Source: Terrimicrobiaceae bacterium
GTDB taxonomy: Bacteria > Verrucomicrobiota > Verrucomicrobiia > Chthoniobacterales > Terrimicrobiaceae
Direction: 5' to 3'
Assembly (NCBI GenBank): GCA_041752695.1
Contig: JBGSVZ010000027.1
Coordinates: 64,001 to 128,000 of the forward strand
Length of the DNA stretch: 64,000 nucleotides
A program made the position numbers and the translations under genes. This document shows, in pieces, positions 52,807 through 61,300 of this stretch (position 1 is its first letter; the number at the start of each line of letters is the position of its first letter). The notes below the pieces were generated by a model. It had not been told where the DNA came from. It saw only the letters and a program-made list of their open reading frames with translations, and searched no databases.

Positions 52807-55800
52807 ATGTCGGGCCGCCCTCCACTTCTCGATGCTCTGGCTTCGCTGAAGCCGAACATGATTTACACCATGGCTCCGCCCAAGGCGATCGCCTCGGCCG
52901 CGAATGCGTTTTCCCAAGGCGCAGTGGGCGCTTTTCGCTGGGGCAGTAGCGGGCTGCTGCTCGAGGCCGTGATGGGCGTGGATGACGAGGCGCCGGCCGT
53001 GCGGTTCACCTGCCCAGCCGGCGAGCTGCAAAGCGTCTGCGACTGCGGTGGGACCGGGGCGTGCCGACATGTGTTGAGCGCGGCCATGACGATTGCCCGG
53101 GTGCTGCACAACGCGAAATTTCACCTCACGGATCTCCCGGCCGTGACCATTGCCAAATTTCGCCACCAGCTCCGTTTGGACGAGCCGGAAGCAGCCCGCG
53201 CGCGGGTGATCTTTTCCCGGCCGGTCGGTGGAGGAGTTTTTGAGATCGACTACGATTCCGGTCGCCGCGAGGCGTCCTGGCGTGTCACCGATCCGCCTGT
53301 GGGAATGGAGTGGCTGCGCTGGCAGGAAAAACAGCCCGGGCGTGTAGCCGAGGGGTTTTGTGACTGGCTGAAAACCCATCCGCCCGCCGAGATCGAGGTC
53401 CAGGCGGAGATCACCCGGATCGTGCCCAAACCCACCGCGCGGACCCAGCGCGGACGAACCGGACTATCCGTTGCCGGGGACGTGGTGGAAATCCGGCGCG
53501 AGGTGCTGGACGACGACGGCGCCCCTGCAGGGGAGTTTGTCGACTTGGGCCACGGGCTCGTCCTGTTGCCGGAAAAAAGCGCCTTTGTGCGGATTTATCC
53601 GCCCGAGGGGTGGCGGGAGTTTACGAGGTTGGGAAACAAAAACCTGACGGTCGGCGAGTTTAATTCCGGCCGATTTATCCGTCCCGGCGGTCCTGTCGCT
53701 CTGCTGGATCGGGCGGGACAACCTGCGGACCCACGGCCGGCAAGCGCCCGACCCTCCATCCACGTGCAGACAGGTGACGGGGCGGTTTTTGTGGCGCTGC
53801 GGACGCGGGACGGCAGCGAACTGCCCATCCACGGGGCCCTGGCAAAAACGCTCTCCGGGCTCTTCGAGGACGGCCCTTTTGCCCTCCTGGTAATAAGTCC
53901 CGGGCGGCGCCGCAAACTGGCTGAAACGCTCATCCGCGCCCTGCCGTTGCGGGAGAGTGACGGAGACGCCCTGATCGACGAAGCGGCCCTCGATCCCGCC
54001 TTTGTCAGCCTGGCCATGCACGGCGATGACGCCAAAAAATGCCTTCGCCATTTGCTGGCGAGGGTGCGGGAACTTAACGAAGATCATCTCCTTGCCGACC
54101 CGGCGATTGGGGAGAATCCTTGGCTGTGCTGCGGCGGGGCCGGCGACGCCCTCGGGCTGGCCATGGCGGCTTTGGCGGGCGCGTTCCCGGAAGCCGACAT
54201 TCTCCGCTCGCGGGACTTGGTGGTCACCCTCCCGCCAGCTGATTTTGCCACCGGTCTTCGTCGTCTGGCGGCCGCTTGCGAAAATCGGGGCGTCGAATTG
54301 CGGGTCGATGAAGGTGCGGTGACGGTGGGTCAGCTGGCCATCAGCGTGCGCGCGGCGCGCAGTGATGTGCTCGACTGGTTCGAATTGCACCCGGAGGCCC
54401 GCGCGGGCGCGCTGACTATCCCCCGGAATCTGTGGGAGGAAATTCTTCGCACCGGACGCTACCGCGCGGAGGACGACACGCTGATCGCGCTCGACGAGGC
54501 TTCGCTCTCGCTGCTCCAGCGCATTTCCACCATGCTGGCACCTGGCGAAACCCGCCTGCCGCGCCTCGCCCTTTTCGACTGGCTGGCCCTGCGCGCTGAA
54601 GGGCTGGCCTGCGATCTTCCGCCGGAGGATGAAGCCATTTTGCAATCCCTGCAAACCCTGCAGGGCATCCCGTCCTGTCCTCTTCCCAAGGGTCTTCACG
54701 CCGAGCTGCGCGAATATCAGCACCATGGTTATGACTGGCTGTGTTTTCTCTACCGTCACCGCTTTGGCGCCTGCCTTGCGGATGACATGGGCCTTGGCAA
54801 AACCCTTCAGACCATCGCCCTGCTGGCCGCGCTCAAGGAAGGCCTCCTTCCCCGCCAATCTGCCGCTCCGCATTTGCTCATCCTCCCGCCCACCCTGCTC
54901 TTCAACTGGCAGTCCGAGATGGCGCGTTTTGCCCCGGGCTTGAACATTCACGAATACACCGGTCAGGGCCGGTCGGCAGATTTTGCCGGAGCGGACATCG
55001 TGATGACGACCTACGAACTCGCCCGCCGCGACATGGAAATGCTGGCCGCGCGCGAGTTCGACGTTGCCATTTTCGACGAGGCCCAGGCGGTGAAAAATTT
55101 TGCTGCGGCGCGCACTCAAGCCATCAGGCAGTTGCGGCCGCGCTTCCGTCTCTGCCTCACCGGGACGCCGCTGGAAAATCATGTCGGCGAGTTTCACAGC
55201 ATCATGGAAACCGCCGTGCCGGGACTTTTCGGCGATCGCCGCCAGTTCCTTCGTGAGTATGAAGAAGGCATTCCGGTGCTCCAAAGGGCGCGGCCTTTTC
55301 TTCTCCGCCGCACCAAGGAAAAGATCCTCGCCGAGCTTCCACCCAAGATCGAATCCGACCTCTTTTTCCCGCTCAGTCCCTCTCAGAAAGAATTTTACAC
55401 CCGTGCTGTGGGCGACGTTCGGCGTGAAGTCCTGGCCGCGTATGAAGGCCGCCCGGCTCAGCAGGCCGGCATCATGGCGCTCGCCGCCCTCACCCGGCTG
55501 CGCCAGATCTGCATCTCACCGGCTTTGCTTTCCCAAGACCTGGAAACCGACTCCCCGAAAATCGAACACCTCGTCACCCAGCTCGCCGAGCTTGCCGAGG
55601 AGGGTCATGCCGCGTTGATCTTTTCCCAGTTCGTCAAAGCGCTCGACCTTGTCGGCACCGCGCTTGATGTCGCCGGACTTGCTCATCTGCGCCTCGACGG
55701 CTCCACCCCCACTGCCAAACGCAAGGATCTTGTCGCGACGTTTCAGTCCGGCGAGTCGCCCGGTATCTTTCTCATCAGCCTCAAGACCGGTGGCGCGGGC

Positions 55801-56079
55801 CTCAACCTCACCCGCGCGAGTTATGTGTATCACCTCGACCCTTGGTGGAACCCGGCCGTCGAACGCCAGGCCGGCGACCGCGCCCACCGCATCGGCCAGA
55901 AAAACAGCGTCTATGTGCAGCGCCTCCTCATGCGCCACACCGTGGAGGAAAAAATGATGGCGCTGAAAGACCGCAAAAAAGCCCTCTTCACCGCCATCAT
56001 CGACCAGGGCGAAGCCGCCGCCCCCACCGGGGCCGCCGGGCTGACGGCGGAGGATTTTCAGTTTCTTGTGACGGAGTAG
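52807..56079 (+). CDS. SWIM zinc-finger SNF2-family helicase
   Basis: CDC...CRH SWIM motif; LADDMGLGKT, DEAQ, TGTPLEN and DPWWNPAVE..DRAHRIGQ. Confidence 0.93.
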   Translation: MSGRPPLLDALASLKPNMIYTMAPPKAIASAANAFSQGAVGAFRWGSSGLLLEAVMGVDDEAPAVRFTCPAGELQSVCDCGGTGACRHVLSAAMTIARVLHNAKFHLTDLPAVTIAKFRHQLRLDEPEAARARVIFSRPVGGGVFEIDYDSGRREASWRVTDPPVGMEWLRWQEKQPGRVAEGFCDWLKTHPPAEIEVQAEITRIVPKPTARTQRGRTGLSVAGDVVEIRREVLDDDGAPAGEFVDLGHGLVLLPEKSAFVRIYPPEGWREFTRLGNKNLTVGEFNSGRFIRPGGPVALLDRAGQPADPRPASARPSIHVQTGDGAVFVALRTRDGSELPIHGALAKTLSGLFEDGPFALLVISPGRRRKLAETLIRALPLRESDGDALIDEAALDPAFVSLAMHGDDAKKCLRHLLARVRELNEDHLLADPAIGENPWLCCGGAGDALGLAMAALAGAFPEADILRSRDLVVTLPPADFATGLRRLAAACENRGVELRVDEGAVTVGQLAISVRAARSDVLDWFELHPEARAGALTIPRNLWEEILRTGRYRAEDDTLIALDEASLSLLQRISTMLAPGETRLPRLALFDWLALRAEGLACDLPPEDEAILQSLQTLQGIPSCPLPKGLHAELREYQHHGYDWLCFLYRHRFGACLADDMGLGKTLQTIALLAALKEGLLPRQSAAPHLLILPPTLLFNWQSEMARFAPGLNIHEYTGQGRSADFAGADIVMTTYELARRDMEMLAAREFDVAIFDEAQAVKNFAAARTQAIRQLRPRFRLCLTGTPLENHVGEFHSIMETAVPGLFGDRRQFLREYEEGIPVLQRARPFLLRRTKEKILAELPPKIESDLFFPLSPSQKEFYTRAVGDVRREVLAAYEGRPAQQAGIMALAALTRLRQICISPALLSQDLETDSPKIEHLVTQLAELAEEGHAALIFSQFVKALDLVGTALDVAGLAHLRLDGSTPTAKRKDLVATFQSGESPGIFLISLKTGGAGLNLTRASYVYHLDPWWNPAVERQAGDRAHRIGQKNSVYVQRLLMRHTVEEKMMALKDRKKALFTAIIDQGEAAAPTGAAGLTAEDFQFLVTE

Positions 56080-56446
56080 AGACCCTGTCGGAGGGGATCA
56101 CCATCCGCAGCCAGAGCACGGGATGCGTGTCCGATAAACCCCTTACAGGCTCGAGGCCCAGGAATCTTCCTGCGTCGTCGGTCCGTTAACCTCGTCTTCC
56201 GGGCGGACTACCATGCAGCTATCAAGCAGCCGTGCAGAGGAGAATTCATAGTCAGCCGCATTTCGCCCTCACGGGATTTGATGGTCACCATCTGCCCGGA
56301 AAAAACCACCCGGCGCACTCGGGGAAACTCGCTGCGCAACTCTGCAGCTGTCGCTTCCATACCCTTTTTGTGCTTGAAAGTTACTTTGTTTGATCTGGAT
56401 TGGCAAATGAGGTGTACGATTTGGCCTGCTATCGGGTGGATAGCCC

Positions 56447-58342
56447 CTAATCATCGAGTAATCCATCTTCACCGACAAGTTTCAGCGGTTCTATATCCAG
56501 AAGCAATTCATCTCGCGAGGGACTGCCCGGACAGCAACGGCAGAAAGTGTCGAGCCAGCGTCCTATCAACTTGAAGTATCTTTGCCTTACCGATTCTGTC
56601 GTCGCAGCGACTGCATGAGCAGCATCGTTGCGCGTCTGTAGCAACGAAAGGGCTGATTGCAATGTTGCCCAATCAGGCTCTGGGCGAGGAGTTTCTCCAG
56701 ACCCATTCACGTGCAGCCATGCGTAAGAAAAATACGCAAATGACTTAAAATTGAAAAATTCCTTGTTGGAAGGAGTGGGTTCCAACCTCGAACTGGTAGT
56801 TTCAAGAGAGGCCCACCTTTCTGAGGCGCAACTCCAGACACCTTCTGAATTGTCTGGGGCGCAGTAGTAGTTCAAATTTAAGGCGACCCCTGCCCAACTT
56901 CTGAAAATTTGCTCAGGAAGGACAACTACTTGATTCAACGCAATCTCAGCGGATCGCGTATTCTCGGCCGCCTTAAACTTTAGCGCGATGAGGAGAGCCG
57001 CGAGTCGTGGATCGGCAGCAGTTTTACGCAGTCCTGAAAGAGCATCCACATAGCGAGAATCGCTTTTGATAGTCGACGCAACAGACTTTGCAATTTTACC
57101 AAGCTTTTCCAGGCGGGGAAGAAGGAATGTTTCGGCATCTGGAATCTCTGCTGTCGTTTGCTGCAGCCAACGGCTTGTAGTTGCAATCTCCCGCTCTAAA
57201 ATATGCCAATCAGGCGAATAGTCTGCGGCATCACTTCGGCTGCCGTATAGAGTGCTCATAATGCGTGCATGGCAGAGAAGGAGACGCAGGTGGGGGCGTA
57301 AATGATCTTCGCGAAATTCTCGCAATAGATTTTGGATTTCGGAGAAATATCCATTGCGATAAAGGTGACGCGACCGGCTCCAGAGGTCATTCCAACGATG
57401 AACCGATGGGCGCTCGAACGTCAAGCGAGATAGCCTCTCTTCTGCAAGGGCACCCAAGGCTCCAACTCGGAGTTGGTTCCCCTCAATCAATGATCGCCTC
57501 CAGTCATGACGTTCGAGACGATAAATTGCATCGGTGAAGTCAAGGGTCCGATACAGATGACAGAATGCCTCTGAAAAGTGCGTTTCGTTTTGGGCGTCTA
57601 GCAGACGTGCCGTCCGTTCAAGCGCCTGGCAAGCCTCATTGCGCAGACATTCTCTAACCTCTGGGGTGCCATTAGGCGGACGCCCAAGAGTCACCCAACA
57701 TTTGATCAATCTTGCCGTTGCTGAGGGAAATCCTCCAACCAATTGCCATATTAGCTTTCCCAGCCACTCTGGAGCGGATTGCCCAGCCACAACTTCGAGA
57801 AGTCCATTTAGGCAAAGCGGCGCTGGCGATTCACGCCGATGTCGATCACCATAATCGCTAACGCAAAATGGAATGTTTTCGGCCTCCCAACGGCGCTTCA
57901 ATTCGGGATAGAGAAGCGGAGTGATCGTGACGGTGCGGAGTTGTCTGCTTTGCTCTGCGTTTCGCATAAGCGCGAGAACATCCTCGTCCAATTTACGCGC
58001 AATGTAGTGAAACCGCAAAATTATTTGAAATCCGGGATCGTCCGCGCTAAGACCAGCAAAAAGCGAGGGAAGTTCCTGGGATGAGGCACCGGCATTCAGA
58101 TTCCATTGTTTTGCCAAATCCCGTGCGTATGCTTCCCTTCCGGCGAGTGCATCTGCAAAAACTACAGCGACCCGATGCGATTTACTGTCAGCACTCAGTG
58201 TCGAACGGATCGCCTCCGCGAGTAAACATTCGTCGGCAAAGCCTGGTGGTAGGAGCACGCAGGTGCTGGCGGGAGTCTCCTGGTCTAGCAACCCGCAAAC
58301 TATCCGGTTCACGAGCATCTCTTGATCTGGGAGTCGAATCAT
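56447..58342 (-). CDS. Hypothetical protein: degenerate STAND-like N-terminus plus putative C-terminal HEPN nuclease
   Basis: 631-aa ORF with VLLPPGFAD (decayed P-loop), FQIILRFH (decayed Walker B), LVGGFP (GxP) and RNDAAH at 56615-56632. Confidence 0.7.
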   Translation of the reverse strand: MIRLPDQEMLVNRIVCGLLDQETPASTCVLLPPGFADECLLAEAIRSTLSADSKSHRVAVVFADALAGREAYARDLAKQWNLNAGASSQELPSLFAGLSADDPGFQIILRFHYIARKLDEDVLALMRNAEQSRQLRTVTITPLLYPELKRRWEAENIPFCVSDYGDRHRRESPAPLCLNGLLEVVAGQSAPEWLGKLIWQLVGGFPSATARLIKCWVTLGRPPNGTPEVRECLRNEACQALERTARLLDAQNETHFSEAFCHLYRTLDFTDAIYRLERHDWRRSLIEGNQLRVGALGALAEERLSRLTFERPSVHRWNDLWSRSRHLYRNGYFSEIQNLLREFREDHLRPHLRLLLCHARIMSTLYGSRSDAADYSPDWHILEREIATTSRWLQQTTAEIPDAETFLLPRLEKLGKIAKSVASTIKSDSRYVDALSGLRKTAADPRLAALLIALKFKAAENTRSAEIALNQVVVLPEQIFRSWAGVALNLNYYCAPDNSEGVWSCASERWASLETTSSRLEPTPSNKEFFNFKSFAYFSYAWLHVNGSGETPRPEPDWATLQSALSLLQTRNDAAHAVAATTESVRQRYFKLIGRWLDTFCRCCPGSPSRDELLLDIEPLKLVGEDGLLDD

Positions 58343-61300
58343 CTTTTTTCTTTTAGCGTCTCCAACGCTTGGTCAACAGCGTCGCGGACGATTAGAGCAT
58401 CTTCGCGAACTGCGGCGGCGGTCAGTGGAACGGCGATGCGGACGCGAGCCGAGGTTTTATCGTTCACGATTGCCTTCGCCTTCTCCAGCCGGTCTAGCAC
58501 TTGTAGCAGTTGGCGGGTATCCGCATACCGGAGCAGACCGGAAATTTCCAATAGCTGAGCGATCCGAAATTGACCGTCTCCACTGGTATGTTGAGCTAAC
58601 GTCGCAAAAAGACCACGTGCAAGTTGGTACTCTTGTTGGGGTAAAACCTCAAGTGGTTGAAATACACACTCGTAGAACGTCTTTCGTCCGAAACGCTGAC
58701 CATCACTCGACTCAACATGGACCATACGCTCAACGACGCGATCAAGTAGGCTCGGAGTGAGGTAACGCCCGTCAGCAAATTCCGAAGATGCACTACCAAG
58801 CAGGGCGAGAAACATGGGGTGCCCTCCGCATACCTTCGCGGCATATTCGCCGACTCGATCAAAGTCCTCGGGACGACAGATTTGGTGTCGTATGTCGCGT
58901 GGCAGAAAGGTGTCGAGAATGGCTTCGCGATCTTCAGCCCAATTAAATCGCAGTAGCTCAACTTCAACGATGCTGCCATAAAGAGCGTCCTGGTAATTTT
59001 CCTTCAATATTCGTTGCAGACCCGACCCTGCAAGTACGAGCACGATGCGGTTGCTACGTTGGATTACCTGACGCAACTCCCACATGAAGCTATCTACTTC
59101 TTCGCGTCTATTGCCGAGGACAAGTCTGACGAAACGGTCGAACTCATCGACAAAAATGACGAGTCGCGAGACCGCTCCGTCGGTAAACTCTTCTAACTTT
59201 TCAACCAATCTAGTTAGTGCTGCATGAAGTGAAGTGCGTGCATCCAACTCACGCCCTAGACGACGAAAATCAAGTGGGTGTTGGCTGTAGCGCCCTATGG
59301 CGTCAACAAAAAGGCGGTTGTCGTTGTCACCGCGGTTTCCGAGAGCCGTTAGGAGATGTGCAAAAAACATTTCTGGCAATGATTCTCCAGGTGCAAGATG
59401 GAGGCTGCTAACATCGCAAAATACGCCACATAGGCGACCGCGCTCTGGAGGAAACGATGTAAGCAGCGTTTGAAGAAGTGACGTTTTTCCAATACGTCGC
59501 TCGCCAAAAATCATAACGCTCCGAGCGCGCGGACTGGCATGAAGGTGTCCCTCAATCTCTCGGATTTCACGGCTGCGGCCGAAAAAGCCTTCATTTGTTT
59601 TCACAGGGTCGCACGTTGCGCCTGGCCAATAGATTTCTCGCAGTCCCGGATCAAGTTGTTGGGCCGGCTGCGTCAAGAGCAGTGTCCAAACGCCATTTCG
59701 CGTTACCTTTCTGTCGCGGCTAGTGATAGTCTCAATTGACCACGCAAGACGGCCATCACCATCAGCAGAAAACGACATGTCGGGTGGAAGTTGAACCCGG
59801 AATGTTTGTTCACTGAAAAGCATTTCGTCAAATAGCGCAACGGGTGGTTGTGTGCCGAGTTGAAGATGAAGGTGGCGCGGCGGTTCACTTCGGTCTGGTT
59901 GAATGCGAACTTCCAAGAACCGTTGGGCGTTGCTGGTTTCGATGACCAACTCCGAATCAAGTAATATTTCCAAAGAAGCAGGTTCCGCACTGTCCAGTGA
60001 CTGTGCGAGATGTCCAAATAGCAGGAGCCATGGTTGGGTATTCGCTACACCAACAGCCTGTGCTCGGAGCGCAGCTTCAAGTTGCAGCGCTGCGGGCTGT
60101 GCTTCCGGGTTCATTTCCGCGGCGACGAAGGCCTCCAGCGTGGCTCGCACAAGTGATTGGACACGCTCAGGCGCTGCGACAACTAATGTTTCGAGGGTTT
60201 TAATTTGCCGATTTCGAAAGAGTAGCCGAAGCAGTGCTGCTCGGTAGTTTTCGTTTCCTCGGAGGCCAGTAAAACAATCCCAAGCGATGGAAGCAAGTCG
60301 CGGGGCCGAGACGTCGCACCGACGCAATAGACTGGAGAGCCAGTGGTAGTCGCCGTCGGTTGCCGGTAATTCAACTGCAGCGGCGAGAGTGCGACCAAAG
60401 TGCTCCGAGAGTGTATCGCATTTGTGCAATGCTGCCAGCCGGTGTAGGCCACGAAGCATCGCCCGCGGTATGAATTCTTGAGTGTACTTTTGTCCTAGCC
60501 AGTGGCTTGTGGCGCGGCGTGAACATGCTATAGCTATACACGTTTCCAACAGCCAATCTGGAACGGTTGATTTGGGCGCTTGCATTTCAAATAGTGACGC
60601 GCCGTAAATCGCGAGCATGTCCGTGCGAACGTCTTCCCCTGGCGGCGGAGTGGCACGCAATACGGCTACCGCCAATTTGCGGGCGAGCGGCCAACGAAAA
60701 GTCCGCGTTGCGGAGTGTAAGTCCGCAAAATTTGCCGCCCCGCTGGGAGGTTCAGAGCATATTGATTTCAGTAGCTCATCCCATTTTGGTCCCAGATTTT
60801 CAGTGGAGGGAGCTTGCCTTTCTGGGGCATCAATCCTTGGCGATACTGTCGGCGACGGGAGTAACTGCGTAACTTGGGGCGCAAAATCGAGATGGGGCGT
60901 GCTTTCTCCAAGGAACCGCAATAGAGCAGCGTCACCCCATCCCTCATGGAGTTTTGTGGCAAGCTCAGAAATTCGGTTTAGAGCCGTTTGATCTCCGGTC
61001 GGACAAAGGCCCGCACTGAGCTGCTCTGGCACCCATGCAGCTACGCGACGAGCAATTATTGCGCTCGGGTCGGACTCGCTCAAACGGCCATTCCATTTTC
61101 CGCGCAACAATCGCGCGGTTGTGGCAAGGTCCCCCGCGATAATTTCAGAGGTTTCTGCATCTGGCCACCATGCGGGTCGGTCAAGACGCTGGGAGACTTG
61201 GGTCCAAATATCGCGTACTGGTTCCGCTGCACGTTCATCTTCGGTCTGCTCCTTAAGTACAGTCAAATGCTGCCGCCGAGCGGATTCCGTACTACGCAGC

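Noticed and set aside
53464..55284. 606-aa minus-strand ORF
   Set aside because: Antisense to the SNF2 helicase.
52807..56079. SNF2 helicase as part of the defence module
   Set aside because: Host-like GC, opposite strand, and coupled to pdp, so it is more likely core genome.
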